From the NCBI GenBank assembly GCA_003220985.1, contig QHTY01000147.1:1-36169 (forward strand): DNA of 36,169 nucleotides. The letters run 5' to 3'. Positions 26,815 through 35,532 of this stretch are shown here, one piece after another; positions within the stretch are counted from its first letter, which is position 1; each line of letters opens with the position of its first letter. The DNA comes from Gemmatimonadota bacterium (GTDB lineage Bacteria; Gemmatimonadota; Gemmatimonadetes; Gemmatimonadales; GWC2-71-9). Position numbers and translations under genes: made by a program. Under the pieces are notes generated by a model, which did no database searches, had not been told where the DNA came from, and was given only the letters and a program-made list of their open reading frames with translations.

Positions 26815-28251
26815 ATGCACCACCATGCCGCACGATTTGCCATCGCCGCGCTTGTCGCTTCGGCCCTCGCTTGCCGCAAGGAGGTGGCACCCGTGCCGCC
26901 GGCCGCGCCGCCCGCCGCGCTGCACGCGGCGCCGATCGACACTGCCTCCATCGACAGTGTGATCCGGGCGACGATGCATGACCGCGGACTCGTCGGCGTT
27001 TCGGTCGGGGTCGCCCAGGACGGCAAGATCGTCTTCTCGAACGGCTACGGCGTGCGTTCACTCAGCAAGCGGGCCCCGGTCGCTCTGGAGACGATGTTCG
27101 CAATCGGCTCGGTCACCAAACAGTTCACCTGCAGCGCCCTGCTGCTTCTCGCGCAGGAAAAGAAGCTGTCGCTGGGCGATCGGGTGTCGCAGTACATGCC
27201 GAATTTGACCAGAGCGGGCGACATCACGCTGCTCGAGCTGGGACAGCACGTCTCAGGATATCGGGACTACTATCCACTCGACTTCGTAGACCGCGAGATG
27301 CTGGAGCCGCGCGCTGCCGACAGCATTATCGCGGAGTACGCGACCCGGCCGCTCGATTTCGAGCCCGGCAGCCGCTGGTCCTACAGCAACACCAATTTCC
27401 TCATCCTCGGTCGAGTAATCGAAAAAGTGAGCGGCGAGTCATTCGGCACTTTCCTCCAGCGCCGAATCTTCACGCCGTTGAGTATGACGCACACGCGTTA
27501 CGACCCACCAGCCGGTGATTCGACTATGGCGAGCGGCTACACGTCGTTCGCGCTCGGCCCGCCAATGCCGGCAACACCGGAAGGTGCGGGCTGGGCGGGA
27601 AGCGCGGGTGCCATCTGGTCCACGCCGACGGATCTGCTGCAATGGGACATGGCGCTGATCGGGGGAAAGGTGCTCAACGCCGATTCGTACCGCATCCTCA
27701 CGACACCCCATCGGCTGCCCGACGGGCGCTCGACCGGTTATGGATGCGGCGAAGGCGTGAACGATCGCGGGGCAGCCGTGATCCTGCGGCATGGTGGTGC
27801 GGTGAGCGGGTTCGTCGCGCAGAACACGGTTATCCCGGCGACGCAGTCCGCGGTCGTCGTGCTCGCGAACACCGATTTTGCCGCGATCGATGAGATCAAC
27901 CAGGCGATCGTGCCGAAGCTCATGCCACAAGTCGATGTGCCCGCGATCCAGGGATTACCGCCGCTCGATGCGGCACGCGCCTTTCTCTCCGGCCTACGGC
28001 AGGGAACCGTCGACCGCTCGACGCTCGGTGACGACTTCAATGCCTTTCTGACGGCAGAGCTGCTGGCGTCTGCGCGTGCGTCGCTCGGACGCCTGGGGCC
28101 AATCACCGAGCTCAAGGTGACAAACAGGGTGGAGCGAGGGGGCATGGAGGTCGCCGTAGTGCAATTCAAGGTCGGGTCGGTCAATACTCAGGCGCTGATG
28201 TATCGCACACCCGACGGCAAGATTCAGGAGCTGCTCATGGGCCGTCAGTGA
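26815..28251 (+). CDS. Serine hydrolase, beta-lactamase class C / peptidase S12 family, lipoprotein
   Basis: GSVTK (SxxK), YSNTN, RHGG; lipobox ALAC. Confidence 0.88.
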   Translation: MHHHAARFAIAALVASALACRKEVAPVPPAAPPAALHAAPIDTASIDSVIRATMHDRGLVGVSVGVAQDGKIVFSNGYGVRSLSKRAPVALETMFAIGSVTKQFTCSALLLLAQEKKLSLGDRVSQYMPNLTRAGDITLLELGQHVSGYRDYYPLDFVDREMLEPRAADSIIAEYATRPLDFEPGSRWSYSNTNFLILGRVIEKVSGESFGTFLQRRIFTPLSMTHTRYDPPAGDSTMASGYTSFALGPPMPATPEGAGWAGSAGAIWSTPTDLLQWDMALIGGKVLNADSYRILTTPHRLPDGRSTGYGCGEGVNDRGAAVILRHGGAVSGFVAQNTVIPATQSAVVVLANTDFAAIDEINQAIVPKLMPQVDVPAIQGLPPLDAARAFLSGLRQGTVDRSTLGDDFNAFLTAELLASARASLGRLGPITELKVTNRVERGGMEVAVVQFKVGSVNTQALMYRTPDGKIQELLMGRQ

Positions 28252-28649
28252 CGCGCGCCATTCGGATCATCCATCTGGCCCTCGTACTCGGTCTCGTGAT
28301 CGTCGCAGGTGTGTTTTACATCCTGCGGCAGCGTACGGGCCTGACGTTTGGGTTCGGGCCGTCCCTTGGCATGATCATGGCGGGCATCGGGCTGGTGAAC
28401 CTGACGATCGCGCTGGGCTTTTTGACGCCCAGATTCCCCGAGCGGCCCGCGGACCAAGCGCCCGACGATTATTGGGCACGGAGCGAGACGCGGGGTGCTG
28501 CGATCATCTTGTGGGCCCTGGTCGAGGCCGCCGCGCTACTCTCATGGTTGGGCTACTTACTGACGGGATCGCGGGTGGCGGCTGCCGTGGGTCTGCTCGC
28601 GATTCTAGCCCTCAGTCTGCTCCGTCCCGCGCGGTTCGAGGGCTCTTGA
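28248..28649 (+). CDS. Hypothetical 4-TM membrane protein
   Basis: Four hydrophobic helices; GTGA coupling to the upstream gene. Confidence 0.72.
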   Translation: MTRAIRIIHLALVLGLVIVAGVFYILRQRTGLTFGFGPSLGMIMAGIGLVNLTIALGFLTPRFPERPADQAPDDYWARSETRGAAIILWALVEAAALLSWLGYLLTGSRVAAAVGLLAILALSLLRPARFEGS

Positions 28650-28703
28650 GAGAGAGGTAGGTGCTGGCCCTGCTGACCGTGCTCGTTGTTGGGCGAGCCG
28701 CGA

Positions 28704-30545
28704 TCAACGCTCCTGGTAGATCGGGAGCTCCACGTACGACGCCTGCGCTCCCGACCGGTAGATTCGGTGAGTCGCCGTCCTGAAGTCGCTTGCTTTCGCC
28801 TCGAAAATGTTGGGCACGAACGTCTGCGGGTTGCGATCGATGATCGGGAACCAGGTGCTCTGCACCTGGACCATGATGCGGTGGCCCTTCAGGAAGCGGT
28901 AATCCTGCGTATGTAGGTCCACCATGTACTCGAGCGCGCGATTGGGGACGATCGCCGCGGGCCGCTCGAAACCGGTGCGGAAGCGCCCGCGCAGCACGTC
29001 ATTCGCCACCATGAGCTCGTAGCCCCCCGTCACCCGGGGGGCCGCGGCATTCTCATAGTCTTCCGGATAGACGTCGATCAACTTCACGATCCAATCGGCA
29101 TCGCTGCCGGTCGTACTGGCGAAGAGGTGAGCGGTGATGGCGCCGCGAATCACGACGTCCTCCTCGAGCGGCGGCGTTTCCCAGCTCAGCACGTCGGGTC
29201 GGTGATCCACGAAGCGCTGATCCTGAAGCAGCCACGTGTACCAGCCGCTCCCTTTCGCGTAGTAGGTGGGCTGGATCGGCCGATTGCGATAGGGCACGGG
29301 ACTGGCGGGATCGGAGACATACCTGTCGAATGCCCCCCCCGGCGCGCGAGCGGCGGGAGCCGCGAAGCTCAGCCCACGATTCTCACGGAAATAGAGCCTG
29401 CGGCGAGTCACATGCGCCCGCGCCGGCCATGCGTCGTTGCGGACCCAGGTGTTCGCGCCGCTCTCGAACGTGAGCGCTTCGGGCAGGTTCAGCGGTCCTT
29501 TATCCTTGAGAAAGTGCGCGAAGAAGGGCGCCTGCACGCTGTCGCGGAAGTATTCGCCGGTGTTGCTCGCGAAGTCGATGTTGCCGAGCTGGCGTCCCGG
29601 GCCGCCCGCCCAGCCGCCGTGATTCCACGGGCCCACAACGAGGAAATTGACCCCGGCTGAGTCGCGCGGCTCCATCGCCTCGTAGATCTGAATTGGGCCG
29701 ACGAAATCTTCCTGGTCCCACCATCCCGCAACGTTGAGCGTCGGGACAGTCGTCTTGTGAAGGTACGTCGTCAGCGCCTGGACTTTCCAGAAATCATCGT
29801 GGTTCGGGTGCGCCACGAAGTTGTTCCAGCTCGGCAATTTGTCGTGCAGGTAGCGCGCGTTGGCATTGCGCAGCGGCCCCAGCTCGAGATACCAGTCGTA
29901 GGTGTCGTAGCGGCCGAAGTCGAAGGAGCTGTTGGTGTCCGACGCCTCGGTCAGCACCGCGTACTCAAAGCCGTAACTCAGCCGGAATGCGCCCTGATGG
30001 TGAAAGTCGTCGTTCAGGAACATGTCGTCGGGCGAGGCCTGTGGGGACGCGGCGCGCAGCGCGGGATGCGGATCGATGAGCGCCTCTCCCGTGGTCCAGC
30101 CGTCATAGGAGATCCCCAACATCCCCACGCGCCCGTTGTTGTTGGGAATGTTGTGAATCATCCAGTCGATCGTGTCGTACGCGTCGGTGCTTTCGTCGGA
30201 GCCGTGCGTCTGGCGGTGGTCCGGCTTGCGCTGCATCACGAACGTGCCCTCGGAGCCGAATCGCCCGCGGATGTCCTGGAAGGCGAAGAGGTAGCCCTCT
30301 TTCACCAGCGCCTGGTAATAGCTGCGGAACGCACCGTCCGCGTGTTCGATCCCGTACGGCGTGCGCGAAAAAATGATCGGCAGCGGCCCGGTGATGTTCC
30401 GAGGTACATACCAGGAGGTGTGGAGCTTCACGCCGTCGCGCATGGGAACCATTGCTTCGTGGCGATCGAAGGAGGTGGTATCCTGCGCAGCGACCTGAAC
30501 AGCGCAGACCATCGTGACGATGAAGAGACCGGCGACGCGGTGCAT
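28704..30545 (-). CDS. CocE/NonD family hydrolase (alpha-amino acid ester hydrolase / glutaryl-7-ACA acylase-like), secreted
   Basis: PMRDGVKLHT, RTPY, QDIRGR..SEG, GISYDG nucleophile, GWWDQED, GPWNHG; ATG 30545. Confidence 0.9.
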   Translation of the reverse strand: MHRVAGLFIVTMVCAVQVAAQDTTSFDRHEAMVPMRDGVKLHTSWYVPRNITGPLPIIFSRTPYGIEHADGAFRSYYQALVKEGYLFAFQDIRGRFGSEGTFVMQRKPDHRQTHGSDESTDAYDTIDWMIHNIPNNNGRVGMLGISYDGWTTGEALIDPHPALRAASPQASPDDMFLNDDFHHQGAFRLSYGFEYAVLTEASDTNSSFDFGRYDTYDWYLELGPLRNANARYLHDKLPSWNNFVAHPNHDDFWKVQALTTYLHKTTVPTLNVAGWWDQEDFVGPIQIYEAMEPRDSAGVNFLVVGPWNHGGWAGGPGRQLGNIDFASNTGEYFRDSVQAPFFAHFLKDKGPLNLPEALTFESGANTWVRNDAWPARAHVTRRRLYFRENRGLSFAAPAARAPGGAFDRYVSDPASPVPYRNRPIQPTYYAKGSGWYTWLLQDQRFVDHRPDVLSWETPPLEEDVVIRGAITAHLFASTTGSDADWIVKLIDVYPEDYENAAAPRVTGGYELMVANDVLRGRFRTGFERPAAIVPNRALEYMVDLHTQDYRFLKGHRIMVQVQSTWFPIIDRNPQTFVPNIFEAKASDFRTATHRIYRSGAQASYVELPIYQER

Positions 30546-30546
30546 G

Positions 30547-31986
30547 CTAGCGCGGCAGGTTGAGGCCGTGCAGGTAGTCCGAAACCAAATACGCGGGCAC
30601 CGCGAAGATGATCTTGCCGTTCGATTCCCGCTCGCCGCCGTACAACACGGCAATAACCTTTCCGTCGCGATCGAAAACCGGACTCCCCGATGAGCCGGGC
30701 GCCCCATAGGCGTCCACCTGTACGACCGACGTGAGCGACTTGCTCACGGTCCCCACCGTCAACGTGGGCTCGGCGATGGGCTGGCCGCCCTGCGACTCCA
30801 TCGGGAGATCGAAGCCCAGCGGATAGCCGAGGATCGCGACCGGATCGCCGCGCTCGAGTCCTTCGCGGCTCCGGGCGAGCCCAGCGACGCGCGGCGTGCC
30901 GCCTTTGATCAGCACCCGGAACACACCGACATCGGCGTCCGGCGCGACGCCGATCAGCTCGGCGCGCCAAAACTGCGTGCTGCCGGAGAAGATCACGCCG
31001 AGGCGCTGCGGCGTCTTCGTGCCGTCCTCGCCGGTCAGGATATGCTTGTTCGTGACCATCGTGCCCATCGAGTCGACCGAAAAGGCGGTGCCACTGAATC
31101 GCTCGCCGTCGGTGTACTCGACCAGCACGATGGCGACCGCGTTCTGATTGCGGTGTGAGATCGCGCGGTAATTGACCCCCCCGCCCACGGCGCCGGCCAG
31201 GGCGCGCTGCCGCCGCTCGGCGGCGTCGAGCTCGGTCCGCAGCCGTGTCACCGATGAGGCATCCCCACTCGACGCGTCGAGCTCGCGCCGCAGCCGCGCG
31301 GTCTCGTCTTGTGATGCCTTCAGGGCATCCCGCACGCCCTGCAGCTGGCTCTGAAACTCGGTCGTCAACGCACGCGACTCGCGCATCAGGGAGTCGGCCC
31401 GCAGTTGCAGCTGCAGCAGCTCGTTGGCGCGCCGGCGGCCATCCAGTTGCATCCACGTGAAACCGGTGACCACGAGCAGCAGCAGCGCGATGAGGATCTT
31501 GGTCGTGCGCCGCAGCTGCGCCGTCTGCCGCGCCACCTCGACCGCGATCCGCACGCCCGTACTTTGGCGCGGTGCACTCGCCCGCTGCGCGGGCGCTGCG
31601 GGAAACACGTCGCGCGGCGACGAGGTGCGCTCCGCCAGCGCTTCTGCCGCCGTCGTGGGCGGAAGATCGGTATCGGTCTCGATGATCGCGAACTCCAGCG
31701 CCGGCCCGTTCACGCCGAAGCCGATGACGTCGCCGCCCTTGAGCAGCGTGTCGCCGGTGATCCGCTGCCCGTTCACGAATGTTCCGTTGCGGCTGCCGAG
31801 ATCCTGCAGCACGAAGCCTTCGGTCTTGCGCACGATGGCGGCGTGGCGCGACGAGACGTCGAGGTCACGCTCGGCATCGAATCGCACATCGGAGAGCGGG
31901 TGACGGCCGAGCCCGATGTAACCCTTGCGGAAGGCTTCGACCTGTCCCGCCCGGGCACCGGAAAGAAACTTGAACTGGGCTTTCAC
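30547..31986 (-). CDS. FHA domain - TM - coiled coil - trypsin-like serine protease
   Basis: FHA (GRH..SSRHA..SRNGT), TM ILIALLLLVVTGFTW, helical linker, triad TNKH / ADVG / PGSSGSP; GTG 31986 overlaps the PP2C stop. Confidence 0.87.
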   Translation of the reverse strand: MKAQFKFLSGARAGQVEAFRKGYIGLGRHPLSDVRFDAERDLDVSSRHAAIVRKTEGFVLQDLGSRNGTFVNGQRITGDTLLKGGDVIGFGVNGPALEFAIIETDTDLPPTTAAEALAERTSSPRDVFPAAPAQRASAPRQSTGVRIAVEVARQTAQLRRTTKILIALLLLVVTGFTWMQLDGRRRANELLQLQLRADSLMRESRALTTEFQSQLQGVRDALKASQDETARLRRELDASSGDASSVTRLRTELDAAERRQRALAGAVGGGVNYRAISHRNQNAVAIVLVEYTDGERFSGTAFSVDSMGTMVTNKHILTGEDGTKTPQRLGVIFSGSTQFWRAELIGVAPDADVGVFRVLIKGGTPRVAGLARSREGLERGDPVAILGYPLGFDLPMESQGGQPIAEPTLTVGTVSKSLTSVVQVDAYGAPGSSGSPVFDRDGKVIAVLYGGERESNGKIIFAVPAYLVSDYLHGLNLPR

Positions 31987-33020
31987 TGATTCCGGGTGAA
32001 GTACCAGATCACGGCGGCGGCGACGGCGAGCGCCGCGAGCACGATGATTCGCGTGCCGGGATTGTGCTTCTCCCGGTTCGGGACGGGCGGGCGGCTGCCC
32101 TTGTAGACCGGCACCGGCTCCGTACTGGTCTCGGTGTCGATCAGCGGGTAGACCTGATGGCCGACGTCCGCTTGCTGCCCGCCATCCGAGGAGCGCAGGC
32201 CGTCGCCGTCGAAGCGCGCGATGACGACGGTGATGTTGTCCGGCCCGCCGCGTTCGTTGGCGAGCGCGATCAGCTTGTCGCACGCCGCGCTCAGCTCGGG
32301 CGTCGTGGTGACGACCTGCGCGATCTCTTCCTTCTTGACCTGGCCCGACAGCCCGTCCGAGCAGAGCACGAGGACGTCGCCGCGACGCACCTCCTGGTGC
32401 GTCAGGTCGACCTTCACCTTGGGATCGGGGCCCAGGGCCTGGAGGATGATGTTGCGGCGCTCGCTCTGCGCCGCTTCTTCTTCGGTCAGCTCGCCCGCTT
32501 CGACCAGGCGTTGCATCAACGACTGATCCTTGGTGATCTGGTGCGCCTCGCCGCCGCGGATGAGATAGGCGCGGCTGTCGCCAACCTGCGTGAGATAGAG
32601 GTGATCGTGGAGCACGCCCGCGGCCGTGGTGGTCGTCCCCATACCGCGCACTTCCGGATGCGCTCTGGCGTGCGCGTGGATACTGGCGTTGGCGACTTCG
32701 ACCGCCTCTTTCAGGCGGTATGCGAAGCGCTGCGGCGTCACTTCGTGTTCGGCGTTCCAGGTCTTCACGAGGTGCGCGTAGATCGTGTCGGTGGCCATCT
32801 CGCTTGCCAGCTCACCGGCCGCCGCGCCTCCCATGCCGTCGGCGACCACGAACAGGGTGCCGCGCGGGCCGATGTCGTGCTGCCGCACATCCGGAAGCAG
32901 CGAGGCGGCTTTGCGCGTCAGGTCTGCGACGAGGAAACGGTCCTCGTTGTGGTCGCGCGTGCGCCCGAGGTCGGTCTTGCCGAAGACTTCGACGCGGATG
33001 GCCTTGTTTCGACCGAACAT
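31983..33020 (-). CDS. PP2C-family Ser/Thr phosphatase (Stp1/PrpC-like) with C-terminal TM anchor
   Basis: RDHNED, VADGMGG, VGDSRAY, LCSDGL, GGPDNIT; ATG 33020 overlaps the kinase TGA. Confidence 0.93.
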   Translation of the reverse strand: MFGRNKAIRVEVFGKTDLGRTRDHNEDRFLVADLTRKAASLLPDVRQHDIGPRGTLFVVADGMGGAAAGELASEMATDTIYAHLVKTWNAEHEVTPQRFAYRLKEAVEVANASIHAHARAHPEVRGMGTTTTAAGVLHDHLYLTQVGDSRAYLIRGGEAHQITKDQSLMQRLVEAGELTEEEAAQSERRNIILQALGPDPKVKVDLTHQEVRRGDVLVLCSDGLSGQVKKEEIAQVVTTTPELSAACDKLIALANERGGPDNITVVIARFDGDGLRSSDGGQQADVGHQVYPLIDTETSTEPVPVYKGSRPPVPNREKHNPGTRIIVLAALAVAAAVIWYFTRNQ

Positions 33021-34504
33021 CAGTCCCGACACTGGCCGATCAGGCCTGAGTAGGTGTTGTCCGCGGGGTCGAGCTGATTCGCCGTTCGGATGTAGCGACA
33101 GCCCGTGGGGCGGTCCTTCAGGTTAAAGTACGCCTGGCCGACGACAAAGGCCGCGTATGCCTTGTCTTTCACCGACATCCGGGGCGCCGTGTAAAACTTC
33201 AGCGCCGAATCGCGGACCATCCCGGCAGTATTGCTGTCGAGTTTCACGAGGAATAGGTCATCTAATGCGTTGCGCGCCATCAGCACGTTGATTCGCGACT
33301 GCGCCCTTGGGGCGGGCGGAGGCGCGGCGGGTGGCACCGCGGGGCGGTCCTTGCTGCCACCGTTCAAGGCGACCCACGCCCCTCCCGCCCCAAGAATCAC
33401 GACCACGCCAACCAATGCAGGGACGAGCGAGCGCTTTTTAAGCGGTGTGACCTTCCTCGCCGAGATCCGCTGGGTGGCTCCGCTCGTGTCGAGGAGCTGG
33501 GTCGTTGCATCTGCATCGCCCAGCGACCGCGTGTGCGGAAGCGCTCCCGTCGTGGGGCGCCCCGTGACGGCCGCGACATCGGCGGCGAATTTCACGACAG
33601 TCTGATAGCGCTGGGCGGGCGTCCGTGCGAGCGCGGTGTCGAGCACGGTCTGCAGTCCTGCGGGAAAGGAGAGGTCGGGCCGCGCCGCGGCGAGCTTCGT
33701 CGGCTCGTCGGTCAGGCGCTTGATCATCGTCTCCTGCACCGACGTCGCCTGGAATGGCAGTCCTCCGGTCAGCGTCCGAAAGAACACGAGCGCCAGCGAG
33801 TACAGATCGCTCCGGCCGTCGAGCGGGTCGCCCGACAACTGTTCGGGGCTCATGAACTCGGGTGTTCCGACGACCAGGCCGGTCTTGGTGACCTTCTGGC
33901 CGGCTTGATCGCCACCCACGGCTTTTGCGATCCCGAAGTCTACGACCTTCACCGTGTCGCCGCCGCCTTTGCGTCCGGTCAACATGATGTTGTCGGGCTT
34001 TAAATCGCGATGGACAATGCCGAGATCATGCGCGGCCTGGAGTGCCTCCGCGGTCTGCAGAAAAATCGCGGTTGCGCGGGGCAGGGGCAGCGCACCGTCG
34101 CGCTCGAGCACGTCGGTCAGCGGCTCACCCTCGATGAACTCCATGGCGAGGTAGATCAGCCCGTCGGGCGTTTCGCCGAAGTCGTAGATCGCGCAGACGT
34201 TGGGATGGTTGATGCGGCTGGCGTTCGCTGCCTCCCGGTTGAAACGCGCGACGGCATCGGGATCGTGTACCATCGAGGGGTTCATCACCTTGATGGCGCT
34301 GCGCCGTCCCATCTTCACATGTTCGGCGAGGTAGACCTGACCCATGCCGCCCTCGCCGAGTTTCTTGACGACGTGGTAGCGATCAGCGACGACCTGACCG
34401 ACGAGATCATTCGCCGGCGCCGCGGATCGCAGCGTCTGCCCATCGTTCGGACAGAACTTCACGTCAGCGGCGTACTCGGTGGAGCAAACGGGGCAGATCT
34501 TCAT
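33020..34504 (-). CDS. Hanks-type Ser/Thr protein kinase with N-terminal zinc ribbon, TM helix and short helical C-domain
   Basis: CPVC..FCPNDG, GEGGMG, AIK, HRDLKPDN, DFG, GTPEFMSPE; TM LVGVVVILGAGGAWV. Confidence 0.95.
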   Translation of the reverse strand: MKICPVCSTEYAADVKFCPNDGQTLRSAAPANDLVGQVVADRYHVVKKLGEGGMGQVYLAEHVKMGRRSAIKVMNPSMVHDPDAVARFNREAANASRINHPNVCAIYDFGETPDGLIYLAMEFIEGEPLTDVLERDGALPLPRATAIFLQTAEALQAAHDLGIVHRDLKPDNIMLTGRKGGGDTVKVVDFGIAKAVGGDQAGQKVTKTGLVVGTPEFMSPEQLSGDPLDGRSDLYSLALVFFRTLTGGLPFQATSVQETMIKRLTDEPTKLAAARPDLSFPAGLQTVLDTALARTPAQRYQTVVKFAADVAAVTGRPTTGALPHTRSLGDADATTQLLDTSGATQRISARKVTPLKKRSLVPALVGVVVILGAGGAWVALNGGSKDRPAVPPAAPPPAPRAQSRINVLMARNALDDLFLVKLDSNTAGMVRDSALKFYTAPRMSVKDKAYAAFVVGQAYFNLKDRPTGCRYIRTANQLDPADNTYSGLIGQCRD

Positions 34505-35487
34505 GCCGAGACGACCGCCCCCCCCCCCGGGAGCTCGATGCGCAGGAGCTTGTCACCGACCATGATGCGCGAACCGTGTTGCAGCGGCATCACGCCGCGA
34601 GCCGCGATGGCCACACCGTTGCGGCTATGGTCGTCCACCACAACGAAATCCGCATCTTCGGAGCGCACCGTCGCGTGTTGCGCGCTCATCGAGGGATCGT
34701 ACGGGAAAATCCAGTCACCACGCTCGCGGCCGATGTGAATGTCGCGGCCGGGTGAGAGCTGGATGACGTCGCGCGAGCTGCCGTCGGTGCGCAGCTGCGT
34801 GAGGCTGGCGATGTCGGCGCTCGGCACCATGCTGCCCATGCGCTTCGTCGCATCCGCTTCGGCGGTGTGTGGACCGGGATAGCCGAGCCGCTTGAAGCGC
34901 AGCACCTGTGAACCGATGAGAATCAGGTCACCGTCGGTCAGGCGATACGGTTCTTCGAGAAAGACCCAGGTGCCGTTGCGACTGCCAAGGTCGCGCACCT
35001 CGAGTCGTCCTTCCTCCCACGACAGTTTGGCATGGAGCGGAGAGAGGAACTGATCTTCTGGGAAGCGGACGTCGCCTTCGGTGCGGCCGATCGTCGTGGA
35101 CGGCTGTTTGCGGACGAAACGCGCCACCTCGGTGGCCATCTCGGAAACCAGAACCAGTGTCAGGGAGTAATCGGAGCGTCTGTCGGGAATGGTCCGGCGG
35201 TCGTGTGCTGCTCCCCCCCCCCCAACCGCCCCCGCGCCTCCTGCGCCCGTGCTGTGCCCGGCGGGGACGGATCCGCACAGTGGACAGGGACCATCCAGCG
35301 GGGCACCGCCCCCCGCCTCTGGACCGCTCGTGCGAGAAACCAAACTCGCCCCACCACTCCCGCCTCCACCGGAGGCGACGGCAGCGCGGGCGGCCGCCGC
35401 TTTGGTCAGCGGCTTGCCGCAATCAGAGCAGAATTGCGCGCCGGCATCGTTCTGCCGGCCGCAATATTGGCAAGCGCCCAGGGCCAT
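34501..35487 (-). CDS. Zinc-ribbon plus tandem FHA domain protein
   Basis: CQYC..FCSDCG; FHA1 GRTEG..SPLHA..SRNGT; FHA2 GRERG..SAQHA..SRNG; ATGA-coupled to the kinase. Confidence 0.88.
   Translation of the reverse strand: MALGACQYCGRQNDAGAQFCSDCGKPLTKAAAARAAVASGGGGSGGASLVSRTSGPEAGGGAPLDGPCPLCGSVPAGHSTGAGGAGAVGGGGAAHDRRTIPDRRSDYSLTLVLVSEMATEVARFVRKQPSTTIGRTEGDVRFPEDQFLSPLHAKLSWEEGRLEVRDLGSRNGTWVFLEEPYRLTDGDLILIGSQVLRFKRLGYPGPHTAEADATKRMGSMVPSADIASLTQLRTDGSSRDVIQLSPGRDIHIGRERGDWIFPYDPSMSAQHATVRSEDADFVVVDDHSRNGVAIAARGVMPLQHGSRIMVGDKLLRIELPGGGAVVSA
34518..34528 (-). repeat. G11 homopolymer near the 3' end of the tandem-FHA gene
   Basis: 11 consecutive C on the + strand. Confidence 0.85.
35213..35223 (-). 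repeat. G11 homopolymer upstream of both FHA domains
   Basis: 11 consecutive C on the + strand. Confidence 0.85.
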
Positions 35488-35519
35488 AAAGTTAGGTGGC
35501 CCAATCTATTGCTGAACGC

Positions 35520-35525
35520 TAGCTT
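35520..35525 (+). promoter_or_regulatory. Putative -10 box (TAGCTT) 7 nt before ATG 35533, leaderless type
   Basis: TAGCTT-gcgccac-ATG with no SD. Confidence 0.5.
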
Positions 35526-35532
35526 GCGCCAC

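Noticed and set aside
26815-28251. Beta-lactam resistance gene
   Set aside because: SxxK/YxN/HxG motifs fit the broad S12 peptidase/esterase family; the AmpC KTG motif is absent.
28650-28703. SD-like GAGAGG plus GTG and hydrophobic codons (VLALLTVLVVG)
   Set aside because: Runs immediately antisense into the CocE gene; at most a tiny remnant.
30547-35487. T6SS PpkA/PppA/Fha module or kinase-based anti-phage system
   Set aside because: No T6SS structural, nuclease or other defence genes in the window; membrane anchors favour envelope signalling, though this cannot be fully excluded.
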